NCBI GenBank assembly: GCA_963831855.1
Contig: CAWHSA010000004.1
Span: 194,475 to 258,474, forward strand
Direction of reading: 5' to 3'
Source of the DNA: an uncultured Bacteroidales bacterium
Lineage (GTDB): Bacteria > Bacteroidota > Bacteroidia > Bacteroidales > VadinHA17
Length of the DNA stretch: 64,000 bases
The position numbers and the translations under genes were made by a program. A model generated the notes under the pieces. That model was not told the origin of the DNA. It was given only the letters and a program-made list of their open reading frames with translations, and ran no database searches. Every line of letters begins with the position of its first letter. The stretch's first letter is position 1. Positions 1 through 9,740 of this stretch are shown here, piece by piece.

Positions 1-34
1 TTGAACAATAATTCAAACAGAACATTACCTGATC

Positions 35-1705
35 ATGAAAACGAAATTATCATTGATATTCCTGAGCCTTACCCTGCTCTCTTCTGCACAGAATGAAAAG
101 GTTGAGATAAGTGTGGACCTGAACAAAACCAAGGGAGCAATGAAGCCAATCTGGGCATGGTTTGGTTATGATGAGCCAAATTATACTTATATGAAAGATG
201 GCAAAAAGCTTCTGGCTGAGATTTCAGCTTTAAGCCCTGTCCCCGTTTATGTAAGGGCACATAACCTTATGTCCACAGGTGATGGAACTCCTGCACTAAA
301 ATGGGGATCTACCAATATGTATACTGAAGATAGAGAAGGAAATCCGGTTTACTATTGGAATATAATTGATTCCATCTTCGATACATATATCAGATTGAAG
401 ATGAAACCTCTTGCTGAGATCGGATTTATGCCCGAAGCGCTCTCTTCGAAGCCTGAACCCTATCAACACCACTGGAAGCCGGGTGACAATTATAACGATA
501 TATATACAGGATGGGCATACCCGCCGAACAACTATGAAAAATGGGCGGAGCTGATATACCAATGGGTTCGTCATTGTGTCGACAGGTATGGCAAAGCGGA
601 AGTTGAAAGTTGGTACTGGGAGCTCTGGAATGAGCCAAATGCAGGTTATCTGGTGGCAGAAAACCGCCTGACAACCTATTGTAAAATGTATGATTATGCA
701 TCGGACGCTGTAAAAAGAGCTCTTCCCACAGCAAGGATTGGCGGTCCTCATGCTACAGGCGGCGGGGAACGATTTGTCGACGGTTTTATACAGCACTGCT
801 TAAATGGCATAAATGCCGCAACCGGAAAAACAGGCGCCCCGTTTGACTTCATTGGTTTTCATGCGAAAGGACAGCCGAGAGTAAATGAAGGCAAGGTGAG
901 GATGGGTATGAGAACTCAGCTTCAGAATATTGATGCAAGCCTCAAGGTGGTTGCATCTTATCCGGAGACCAGGAATCTTCCTGTTATTATTGGCGAGTCG
1001 GATCCGGAAGGTTGTGCAGCATGTGGCATGTATACAAATCCTGAAAATGCATACCGCAATGGCACAATGTATTCAAGCTATACGGCAGCTTCAATTGCAA
1101 GAATATATGATCTGAACGATTTTTACGGTACAAACCTTATCGGTGCAGTAAACTGGTCCTTTGAATTTGAAAACCAGCCATGGTTTCATGGATTTCGCGA
1201 TCTTGCAACAAACGGGGTCGATAAACCAGTTCTTAATGTCTTCAGGATGTTTGGCATGATGTCGGGAGATCGCGTTGATGTTTCAGGTGATCTCGCATAC
1301 AATTACCAGACCATAATCAGCAGCAGCGTCAGGGGAGAAAAAACGGATGTTAATGCCCTTGCATCAAAGGACAAAAAATCAGTTGCTGTCATGATCTGGA
1401 ATTATCACGACGACGATATTCAGGATCCGGGTTCATCGGTAGTATTAAATATCAGAAATCTGAATGTAAAACGGGCAACTCTGACACATTACCGGATAGA
1501 TGCAAGCCATAGCAACTCTTATGAGGTATGGAAGAAAATGGGCTCGCCTCAGAATCCAACTGCGGAACAGATCACAGAGCTTGAAAGATCAGGCAAACTA
1601 GAAATGATGACAAGCCCGGTAAAAGTAAAAATCAGGAATAACGAGACGAAAGTTGAAATGCAGCTTCCGCGTCAGGCAGTTTCATTGATAAAACTCAGCT
1701 ATTAA
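35..1705 (+). CDS. Secreted glycoside hydrolase, clan GH-A fold (GH39-like)
   Basis: 556-aa ORF with a signal peptide (MKTKLSLIFLSLTLLSSAQ). Carries the acid/base-type motif WYWELWNEPN and a candidate nucleophile motif VIIGESD, both typical of clan A (beta/alpha)8 hydrolases. Family number is from memory only. Confidence 0.55.
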   Translation: MKTKLSLIFLSLTLLSSAQNEKVEISVDLNKTKGAMKPIWAWFGYDEPNYTYMKDGKKLLAEISALSPVPVYVRAHNLMSTGDGTPALKWGSTNMYTEDREGNPVYYWNIIDSIFDTYIRLKMKPLAEIGFMPEALSSKPEPYQHHWKPGDNYNDIYTGWAYPPNNYEKWAELIYQWVRHCVDRYGKAEVESWYWELWNEPNAGYLVAENRLTTYCKMYDYASDAVKRALPTARIGGPHATGGGERFVDGFIQHCLNGINAATGKTGAPFDFIGFHAKGQPRVNEGKVRMGMRTQLQNIDASLKVVASYPETRNLPVIIGESDPEGCAACGMYTNPENAYRNGTMYSSYTAASIARIYDLNDFYGTNLIGAVNWSFEFENQPWFHGFRDLATNGVDKPVLNVFRMFGMMSGDRVDVSGDLAYNYQTIISSSVRGEKTDVNALASKDKKSVAVMIWNYHDDDIQDPGSSVVLNIRNLNVKRATLTHYRIDASHSNSYEVWKKMGSPQNPTAEQITELERSGKLEMMTSPVKVKIRNNETKVEMQLPRQAVSLIKLSY

Positions 1706-1735
1706 ACTGCCCGCAGATCCAGGATCCCGGGTAGC

Positions 1736-2986
1736 TCATATCTTAAATAATCTGCAGATATGTCTGTTATAGATATTTTCAAAAACACATTCTGAAACTA
1801 TCTTTTCATTTGCATCAAGAAGCCGGATGTATTCGTCCATCTTTATTGCTGCCAGCTTGTAAGCTACATGTATAAGCTGTCGCATATTTGGATTATAGTA
1901 TTTATTTCCCGGTACATGTCTCAGTGACCCTGCAAACTTTTTACTGTCCCAGTCTTCAACTTCATTTTTTGACGGAAGCTGAGAAATATTGATATCAATA
2001 ACGTCTGCATAGGGGGCGCATAATTCTTCTGTTTTTTCAAGTGATTCGAAATAAATATTCTTGACGAAATCGAGGCCTTTGCCCCCTGATTCGGCAAGAC
2101 CTATTACCTCCTCCAGCCATGTTGTACCAGCTGTCTTAAGATGTATCCCCCTGTCATGCTTTTCAAGTATTGATCCAATGAAAGGATAAATAGCAAACTT
2201 ATCAGAACCTGAATGAACACTTATCTTAAGGTTTTGAGGGAGGCCGAACTCTTTAACTGCAAAATCTATCACCATAAGGTCCGCTTCAAATTCCTCTGCA
2301 AATTTTTCAGGATCGCCGGCATAGTCCACTCCTTTGTTGAAACGGCCTGAAAATTTCGGTGCAATTGTCTGCACCGGTATATTTTCCTCTCCCAGCATCT
2401 TAAGTATGAAGAGTAATTCTGCAGGTGTCTGAGGATGAGGCACTTCATCCATTGATACTTCCGTTACAAAATTACCCTTCCCCTTGGCTTTTTCTATTTT
2501 CCTGAAAATCTCCCATGCCTTAATAGCGGCAAAAAGGTATTTTTCAGCAACCTCTGTGATAAATTGTCTGGTGACTTTTAATGGTTTTTTTATTCCTTTG
2601 ATCATTAACTCACCGGAGTATTTTTCAGCCCCTTTTATAAATTCGGCTATTTCCTGTTCATTCGCCTTCTTACCTATATATGAAGCCACATCAATAGTGA
2701 AGAAATCGGAACTCCCGATAAACCTGTCTACTGTGTCGAGGTTAATATGGTCGGCATCAACAAAATACGGATTGGAAAAGCCGGCTTTCCCGGTTACATA
2801 ATCCGCTTCTTTTCTGACATCCGCAGGTTCAGTCCCGATTATGATATGTTCACGGTTGGATTTATTCCATACAGGTGTAATATCAATACCTTTTTTGCCA
2901 GCTTCAATAATAGCTTTCAGCTGTGCCCTTCCCTGGTGGCCGAATCTGTCGCCGAGTCCCATTGAGATTTTACCGAGGTTTTTCAT
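1736..2986 (-). CDS. uxaE: Tagaturonate/fructuronate epimerase-like protein (UxaE family)
   Basis: 416-aa ORF. The N-terminal MGLGDRFGHQG motif and overall size resemble UxaE TIM-barrel epimerases. Neighbours are exuT-, uxuB- and uxaC-like genes. Confidence 0.55.
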   Translation of the reverse strand: MKNLGKISMGLGDRFGHQGRAQLKAIIEAGKKGIDITPVWNKSNREHIIIGTEPADVRKEADYVTGKAGFSNPYFVDADHINLDTVDRFIGSSDFFTIDVASYIGKKANEQEIAEFIKGAEKYSGELMIKGIKKPLKVTRQFITEVAEKYLFAAIKAWEIFRKIEKAKGKGNFVTEVSMDEVPHPQTPAELLFILKMLGEENIPVQTIAPKFSGRFNKGVDYAGDPEKFAEEFEADLMVIDFAVKEFGLPQNLKISVHSGSDKFAIYPFIGSILEKHDRGIHLKTAGTTWLEEVIGLAESGGKGLDFVKNIYFESLEKTEELCAPYADVIDINISQLPSKNEVEDWDSKKFAGSLRHVPGNKYYNPNMRQLIHVAYKLAAIKMDEYIRLLDANEKIVSECVFENIYNRHICRLFKI

Positions 2987-3064
2987 AAGTATTTTTATAT
3001 TATAATATGTGATTCATATTAAGAAAGATCAGACAAACAGATAAACGTTTTTTCAGAAGGAGGG

Positions 3065-4363
3065 TCACTCAAGAACAACCTTTTTATCTTTTGGTGCAAA
3101 CACTGTCATAATAATCCAGGCAATAAGATATGCGCTTCCGGCTATAGAAAACATAACAACATAACCTGTTTCAATGCGCCCAAGGGTCTTGAAATGCTGG
3201 AGGATTCCCCCGGCTAAATATGAAACAAAAGCACCGCCGGCGGCACCGGCCAATCCGCCGATTCCTGTGATTGAGCTGACTGCTTTCTTTGGAAAGGCAT
3301 CTGATACCGTTGTAAAGAGATTGGCGGACCATGCCTGGTGTGATGCGGCTGCGAGTGCAATAAGGCAGACTGCACCCCATGTGCTTACTCCTTTTGATTG
3401 TGCAAATATGATGGGCACAACCAGAACTGCAAAGATGAGCATGGTCATTTTTCTTGCCTTGAAAGCCGACATACCCTTCCTGATCATATATCCTGAAACC
3501 CATCCTCCACCTATGCTGCCTATTGTAGTCATTGTATAAATGAAGGCAAGAGGCAATCCGAATGATGAAACGCTGAGACCTGCACCTCTGACAGTGGAAA
3601 GCCAGCCGGGGATCCAGAACAGGTAAAACCACCAGATAGGGTCAGTCAGACCTTTTCCGATAAAGAATAGCCATGTCTGGCGGAACCTGAACAGCTTGAG
3701 CCATGAAACTTTCTCTTTAGTTTCATTCTGTTCATCAGCATCACTATTAATATAAGCAAGTTCACCTGCCGACACCTTTTTATGTTTTTCGGGGATTTCA
3801 TAAAGAATAAACCAGAAAATGACCCAGATAAAGCCTATTGATCCGGTGATGATGAATGCAGCCTGCCAGCTCCAGGCAACAATCATTGCAGGAATAGCCA
3901 GAGGTGCCACTATTGCCCCGACATTTGTACCTGAATTGAGTATCCCGAATGCGATGGCCCGTTCTTTCTTTGGGAACCATTCGGCTATCGCTTTATTTGC
4001 TGACGGAAAGTTCCCGGCTTCGCTCACACCGAGAAAACCCCTCCAGAATCCGAAACCCCACACACCTTTGGCAAGAGCATGTCCCATAGCTGCAATGCTC
4101 CAAAGTATGACCGAAACTCCATATCCTATCTTGGTCCCGTATTTGTCTATAAGGCGTCCTGCTACGAACATACCTACGGCATATAAGAGCTGGAACGCCA
4201 TAATTATGTGAGCATAGGCTTCTTCACCGATTCCCAGGTCAGATTCCAGAAGGGGTTTGAGAATACCTATAATCTGCCTGTCGAGGTAGTTAACTGTCGT
4301 TGCAAAGAAGATCAGGGCACAGACTGTCCATCTGTAGTTACTGAATTTTTTTATTTCTGTCAT
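3065..4363 (-). CDS. exuT: MFS transporter, hexuronate (ExuT/ACS-family) type
   Basis: 432-aa polytopic ORF. The N-terminus YRWTVCALIFFATTVNYLDRQIIGILKP is typical of ExuT-like MFS permeases, and it lies in a hexuronate gene context. Confidence 0.7.
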   Translation of the reverse strand: MTEIKKFSNYRWTVCALIFFATTVNYLDRQIIGILKPLLESDLGIGEEAYAHIIMAFQLLYAVGMFVAGRLIDKYGTKIGYGVSVILWSIAAMGHALAKGVWGFGFWRGFLGVSEAGNFPSANKAIAEWFPKKERAIAFGILNSGTNVGAIVAPLAIPAMIVAWSWQAAFIITGSIGFIWVIFWFILYEIPEKHKKVSAGELAYINSDADEQNETKEKVSWLKLFRFRQTWLFFIGKGLTDPIWWFYLFWIPGWLSTVRGAGLSVSSFGLPLAFIYTMTTIGSIGGGWVSGYMIRKGMSAFKARKMTMLIFAVLVVPIIFAQSKGVSTWGAVCLIALAAASHQAWSANLFTTVSDAFPKKAVSSITGIGGLAGAAGGAFVSYLAGGILQHFKTLGRIETGYVVMFSIAGSAYLIAWIIMTVFAPKDKKVVLE

Positions 4364-4383
4364 AGGTTCAAGTTGGGTTAATA

Positions 4384-5838
4384 TTAAACATTATAGGTTG
4401 TGGAAGCAGTTGTTCCTCCTCTGCCTGTCCAGTTAGTGTGAAAGAACTCGCCTCTTGATTTATCAATGCGTTCATAAGTATGTGCGCCAAAATAATCGCG
4501 CTGGGCCTGAAGCAGGTTTGCAGGAAGCTTTTCGCACCGGTATCCGTCGAAATATCCCAACGCCGATGATATCGCGGGAACGGGGATGCCATAAGTCACA
4601 GCTGCTGAAACAACATTCCTCCAGCCAGCCTGCGCTTTATCTACCTTGTCGCTGAAGAATGGGTCAAGAAGGAGATTGCTTATTGAATGATTTTTTTCAA
4701 ATGCTTCTTTTATCTTACCGAGGAAAGCAGACCTTATTATACAACCTCCCCTCCACATAAGCGCAATACCGCCATAATTGAGATCCCATTTGTATTCTTC
4801 GGCAGCGGCTCTCATCAGAGAATATCCCTGTGCGTAGGATACGATTTTTGATGAATATAATGCATCCTTAAGATCATCAATAAATTTTTTCTTATTTCCT
4901 TTAAATGAAGATTTTGGTCCTTTAAGGATCTTTGATGCACTGACTCTTTCACCCTTCATTGCAGACAGGCATCTGGAAAAAACTGCTTCACCGATAAGTG
5001 TAAGAGGTATGCCGTGATCGAGGGCAGTAACGGCTGTCCACTTGCCAGTACCTTTTTGTCCGGCTGTATCGAGGATCTTATCCACTAACGGCTTACCGTC
5101 AGTATCTTTAAAGGCCAGGATATCCCTGGTAATCTCAATTAAATAACTGTCAAGATCTCCCTTGTTCCACTCTCTGAACACCAGGTGCATTTCATCCGGG
5201 GTCATATGAAGAAGATCTCTCATCATCTGATAAGCTTCACAGATAAGCTGCATATCGCCGTATTCAATTCCGTTATGCACCATTTTCACAAAATGACCTG
5301 CTCCGTTTTCGCCCACCCAGTCACAGCACGGAGTTCCGTCTTCGACTTTTGCCGCGATTGCCTGGAAAATTGGTTTCACCTCCGGCCATGCTGCTTTCGA
5401 TCCACCCGGCATTATTGACGGTCCAAGCAAGGCCCCTTCTTCACCTCCTGATACCCCTGTACCTATATAAAGCAATCCTTTACTTTCCACAAAAGCAGTA
5501 CGCCTGTTGGTGTCAGGAAAATGAGTATTTCCACCGTCTATTATTATATCACCCTTTTCAAGATATGGAATAAGGGTATTGATCATATCATCAACCGCGG
5601 TTCCGGCTTTTACCATCACCATAATTTTTCTTGGTCGTGCCAGGGTTTTAACCAGCTGTTCTACAGAATGAGCCCCGACAATATTTTTACCTTTTGCTCT
5701 TCCGGCAAGAAAATTATCCACCTTCTGTATGGTCCGGTTAAAGACAGTTACCTGAAATCCCTTGCTCTCCATATTAAGAACAAGATTCTCTCCCATAACT
5801 GCCAAACCTATTAATCCGATGTCAGATAAGTCTTTCAT
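4384..5838 (-). CDS. gnd: 6-phosphogluconate dehydrogenase, decarboxylating
   Basis: 484-aa ORF with a Rossmann N-terminus IGLIGLAVMGENLVLNMESKGF. Also has conserved GGNTHF, GTGVSGGEEGA and HNGIEYGDMQLI motifs. Confidence 0.9.
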   Translation of the reverse strand: MKDLSDIGLIGLAVMGENLVLNMESKGFQVTVFNRTIQKVDNFLAGRAKGKNIVGAHSVEQLVKTLARPRKIMVMVKAGTAVDDMINTLIPYLEKGDIIIDGGNTHFPDTNRRTAFVESKGLLYIGTGVSGGEEGALLGPSIMPGGSKAAWPEVKPIFQAIAAKVEDGTPCCDWVGENGAGHFVKMVHNGIEYGDMQLICEAYQMMRDLLHMTPDEMHLVFREWNKGDLDSYLIEITRDILAFKDTDGKPLVDKILDTAGQKGTGKWTAVTALDHGIPLTLIGEAVFSRCLSAMKGERVSASKILKGPKSSFKGNKKKFIDDLKDALYSSKIVSYAQGYSLMRAAAEEYKWDLNYGGIALMWRGGCIIRSAFLGKIKEAFEKNHSISNLLLDPFFSDKVDKAQAGWRNVVSAAVTYGIPVPAISSALGYFDGYRCEKLPANLLQAQRDYFGAHTYERIDKSRGEFFHTNWTGRGGTTASTTYNV

Positions 5839-5886
5839 TGTTATTTATTTATAAGTACATTAATCTTTTCAATGATTACGAAACGT

Positions 5887-7161
5887 TCATTTTGAAAGGC
5901 GTTCCCCTGAACTCCACAGCCCGACAGCAGGATTGGATATGTAAAATATTTCTTCTCCTTCTGCCAGCTGATTAAATCCATCTTTCAGCTTTTCCGGATT
6001 GTATTTTTTCAGAGCTTCACCAGGGTCGAGATACCTGAAATTAACTGATTCGATTTCCTGTCTTGTCAGATGTCCGGGGCAATAGGTGATTGAGAATCTA
6101 CCTTCAGAGCTTCCATGGATAAGATGGGCGGCAGCACTCAGGTTTTGCCTTAACTCTTCATTTTCCTTAAGTGCATCAAGCGTGGCTGGGGTGCCGCGAT
6201 AACCATATTTCCTGATAAGCCTGTCGATCTCCTTATCTTCGCCAAACTCCTTCAGTCCGGGGGCAAGGACGATCAATTCGCCATTATCAGCCATTGCCAT
6301 CCTGGTTCTGTATATGCTCTTGTTCCCCACCCAGGTGCACTTGAATTCTGAAGGATCAAGGTATACAACGACTCTCCGCAAAGGCTTATCGAAAACTGTA
6401 AAATTTACCTTCCGGGCAAGTTCTGCAGCAAGAAGGAATACCTCTTCATCAGAACCTATAAATAAACCGCGGATCACGAGCTTTCCGGCATCATCACGGC
6501 CAATAACAGTGTGAATATATACAACAGGAAGATGTGATATAAAATGTTCAGAGGCATAGTTCAGCAGGCTTCTGACCGGGGAGCTGGTTTTCCCCATTAT
6601 CCTTTCCATACCATATGTAGCTCCGATAAAATGGCTTTTATTTATGCTCTCAGAACCACCGGTTCCGACAAACAGATTCTTATTGTAATTGGCCATCCCT
6701 ATTACTTCGTGCGGAACTACCTGTCCGACCGACAGGATCAGGTCATGTCCGCCGTTATTAACGAGCCTGTTAAGCTGGGCCGGCCATGAATAATCGATTA
6801 CACCATCAGTCAGCTTTGAGATAAAATCACCAGGTATAGTTCCCACTGTTACCACATCTTTTCTCCAGTCATGAACACGGAAAAGTTCCTTTGGCACTTC
6901 CCGGAACATTTCCCCTATTTCGCTGTCAGTCATTGGTGCATGAGTTCCAAGGGCAGGAAGGATATCCTTCACATTACCTTTATAATACTTGTACAATAGC
7001 GTCGTTATATCACCAGCCCTCGAATGGAGCCGGGTGAAGTCTGGCGGAACGATCAGGATCTTTTTCCGTGACCCAAGCTTTACCAGGGCAGAATAGAGCC
7101 CATATTCAAGTTCATTATGATTTATTACTGTTGTCGGTGATCCCGATTGATAGTATATCAT
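5887..7161 (-). CDS. LarA-family (lactate racemase-like, nickel-pincer cofactor dependent) 2-hydroxyacid racemase/epimerase
   Basis: 424-aa ORF with DFTR and LGTH motifs. PHEVIGMANYNKNLFVGTGGSESINKSH gives H-x9-K-x15-H, the same spacing as catalytic His174, cofactor-tethering Lys184 and Ni-binding His200 of L. plantarum LarA. Confidence 0.75.
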   Translation of the reverse strand: MIYYQSGSPTTVINHNELEYGLYSALVKLGSRKKILIVPPDFTRLHSRAGDITTLLYKYYKGNVKDILPALGTHAPMTDSEIGEMFREVPKELFRVHDWRKDVVTVGTIPGDFISKLTDGVIDYSWPAQLNRLVNNGGHDLILSVGQVVPHEVIGMANYNKNLFVGTGGSESINKSHFIGATYGMERIMGKTSSPVRSLLNYASEHFISHLPVVYIHTVIGRDDAGKLVIRGLFIGSDEEVFLLAAELARKVNFTVFDKPLRRVVVYLDPSEFKCTWVGNKSIYRTRMAMADNGELIVLAPGLKEFGEDKEIDRLIRKYGYRGTPATLDALKENEELRQNLSAAAHLIHGSSEGRFSITYCPGHLTRQEIESVNFRYLDPGEALKKYNPEKLKDGFNQLAEGEEIFYISNPAVGLWSSGERLSK

Positions 7162-7258
7162 TAATTATAAACTTTCTGGAAATTAACTTTTTAATTATTA
7201 TCTAATACCTGGTTTACAGATCCTTAAACTTTAAACTTTAAACCTTAAACCCATAATA

Positions 7259-8095
7259 TCAAACCCCGCTATATGCACTGAATCCCCCGTCGACCGGGAT
7301 AATAACTCCGGTAACAGCTTTTGACAGATCTGAAGCAAGGTACAGCACGGTACCAGTAAGCTCTTCCGGAACTATATTCCTTTCCATTGGAGTGCCGTTA
7401 ATAATTTTTCTGCCCCTTGCTGTGAGCTCGCCCGTTTTCTCGTCGATCAGGAGGAACCTGTTTTGATTTGTTAACAGGAAACCCGGCGCTATGGCATTTA
7501 CCCTGACACCGGCCTTTGCAAAATGAACTGCAAGCCATTGTGTGAAATTATTAACAGCAGCTTTGGCAGCGGAGTAAGCAGGGATCTTGGTAAGCGGTCT
7601 GTACGAATTCATAGAGGAAATATTTATTATCACCCCCGATCTCCTGTTAACCATATCAGCACCGAAAACCATGGATGGTAAAAGTGTACCTTTAAAATTA
7701 AGATCAAACACCTTATCGAAGCCTTCGATCTGGAGACCAAAGAATGTCTCTTCAGGTTTTTCGCTTCCATCCATCTTTTCGACTTTGGTAGTGGCGGCCG
7801 GTGAATTGCCACCTGCGCCGTTAACCAGGATATCGACAGTTCCAAGCTTTTCATGAATGGTTTTTCTTGCTGCCTCCAGTGAGGCCTTATCGAGAACACT
7901 TGCAGATATACCTATTGATTTTGTTCCGGTTTCCTTTTCGATTTCCTGTGCAACTCTGTTAGCAGCATCTTTATTTAAATCGAGGATCACTGTGAGAGCA
8001 CCATGAGCAGAAAGTGATTTTGCCATTTCAGAGCAAATAACACCCGCGCCTCCGGTTATAACTGCGATTTTATTATTAAGATTGAGTTCGTTCAT
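7259..8095 (-). CDS. uxuB: SDR-family oxidoreductase, D-mannonate oxidoreductase (fructuronate reductase) type
   Basis: 278-aa ORF with the TGGAGVIC cofactor motif and the YSAAK catalytic motif. Lies immediately downstream of uxaC on the same strand, as in Bacteroidota hexuronate loci. Confidence 0.6.
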   Translation of the reverse strand: MNELNLNNKIAVITGGAGVICSEMAKSLSAHGALTVILDLNKDAANRVAQEIEKETGTKSIGISASVLDKASLEAARKTIHEKLGTVDILVNGAGGNSPAATTKVEKMDGSEKPEETFFGLQIEGFDKVFDLNFKGTLLPSMVFGADMVNRRSGVIINISSMNSYRPLTKIPAYSAAKAAVNNFTQWLAVHFAKAGVRVNAIAPGFLLTNQNRFLLIDEKTGELTARGRKIINGTPMERNIVPEELTGTVLYLASDLSKAVTGVIIPVDGGFSAYSGV

Positions 8096-8117
8096 ATTAC
8101 ATTCGTTGATTTATTGC

Positions 8118-9515
8118 TTAATATCCGAAATGCTCTTTTGCATTCCTGTATGAAATTCCTTCAATTAAAGGTTTCAGGAGTTCATCTTCATCAGGTATAA
8201 GACCTTTTTCTACCTCTTCACCAACAAAGTTGCAAATGAGCCTCCGGAAATATTCGTGTCTGGGGTAGGAGAGAAAGCTTCTTGAATCAGTCACCATACC
8301 TATAAATCTTCTCATAAGTCCAAGAGATGCTACATCTCTTATATGTTTTTCCATACCATTTATCTGATCAAGGAACCACCAGGCCGGACCATATTGCACT
8401 TTTACCGGAGTTGAACCATCATTGAAATTTCCAGCCATGGTCACCATCATTTCATTGTCAGCCGGGTTAAGATTATAAAGGATGGATCTGGCGAGCTGAT
8501 CAGTCTCATCCAGGCTGCTCAGAAACTTCGACATCTTCAGAGCATCCTGGGGAACTCCGATAGAATCCCACCCTGTATCAGGCCCCATAAGCCGGAACAT
8601 TCTGGAATTATTATTTCTCATAGCGCCTACATGAAATTGCTGGGTCCATCCTCTTTTATGGTTCATACGGCAAAGTTCAGTCATAACTGCTGCCTTATAC
8701 TTTTCAGACTCCTCTGATGACAGCTCATTGCCATTCAATATTTTTTTAAGGATTTTATCTGCTTCAGCCTCCTTACAGGGGGCAAAGTAAAAACGGTCAA
8801 GTCCGTGATCTGATGATCTGCCCCCCATCTCGTGAAAATATGCATGTCGTTTGTCGAGCGCCTCCGCAAGGCTCTTAAAGTTTTTGATCTCAATACCGCT
8901 GGCACTGCCCAGTTTATTAATGTATGATTTGAATTTTAACGGATCTTCAGTTTTAATCGAGTTATCCGGACGGAATGTCGGGATAATCCTGATTTCAAAA
9001 ACACCTTTTAACTGTTGATGGTGCTCCAAAGTATCCGCCGGGTCATCAGTGGTGCAAACAACCTCTACATTCATTTTCTTCAGAAGTGCCCTGATGCTGA
9101 ATTCTTTTGTCTGCAATAAGGCGCCTGTATTCTCATAAATTGTTGAAGCAGTTGACTGAGAAAGCAAATCAAAAATATTGAAATACCTTGCAAGCTCAAG
9201 ATGTGTCCAGTGATAAAGAGGATTCCCTACTGTTAAAGGCACTGTTTCTGCCCATTTACTGAATTTCTCAAAATCCGGAGCATTGCCTGTGCAATATTTT
9301 TCACTGATCCCGTTTGTTCTCATAGCACGCCATTTGTAGTGGTCGCCTGCAAGCCATGCCTGCGTAAGATCTGAGAATTGCCTGTCATCTGCTATCATTC
9401 CAGGTGAGAGATGACAATGAAAATCAATTATCGGAAGATTTTTAGAGAATTGATTGTACAGTCTTACTGCAGTCTTATTTCCAAGGAGAAAATCCTCGTG
9501 GATAAAGGTTTTCAT
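8118..9515 (-). CDS. uxaC: Glucuronate isomerase
   Basis: Carries the IIDFHCHLSP motif and full-length similarity to UxaC. The likely start is the internal Met (MKTFIHEDFLL) at 9515 rather than the longest ORF start at 9569. Confidence 0.9.
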   Translation of the reverse strand: MKTFIHEDFLLGNKTAVRLYNQFSKNLPIIDFHCHLSPGMIADDRQFSDLTQAWLAGDHYKWRAMRTNGISEKYCTGNAPDFEKFSKWAETVPLTVGNPLYHWTHLELARYFNIFDLLSQSTASTIYENTGALLQTKEFSIRALLKKMNVEVVCTTDDPADTLEHHQQLKGVFEIRIIPTFRPDNSIKTEDPLKFKSYINKLGSASGIEIKNFKSLAEALDKRHAYFHEMGGRSSDHGLDRFYFAPCKEAEADKILKKILNGNELSSEESEKYKAAVMTELCRMNHKRGWTQQFHVGAMRNNNSRMFRLMGPDTGWDSIGVPQDALKMSKFLSSLDETDQLARSILYNLNPADNEMMVTMAGNFNDGSTPVKVQYGPAWWFLDQINGMEKHIRDVASLGLMRRFIGMVTDSRSFLSYPRHEYFRRLICNFVGEEVEKGLIPDEDELLKPLIEGISYRNAKEHFGY

Positions 9516-9698
9516 AGAAGAATTATTAATATTTATAAAAGTACTATTTTGACTTTTAATACCAAGCAATAATTGGCGTTAACACTAACGAAAATTTTTT
9601 TGCTGCATTTATTTAATTGTCAATCCGGGACAGTTCAAAAATAAACCTTTTAAAATAAAAGTTCAATTGGATGTAATTGCGTTTCCGGTCAAAGAATG

Positions 9699-9706
9699 TA
9701 TTTTTG
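9699..9706 (+). promoter_or_regulatory. Candidate Bacteroidota -7 promoter box (TAnnTTTG)
   Basis: The sequence TATTTTTG lies about 35 nt upstream of the GH105 start codon, in the divergent uxaC/GH105 intergenic region. Confidence 0.3.
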
Positions 9707-9740
9707 TTTATAATCGAATAATTAAAATAAGTAGTTTAAG

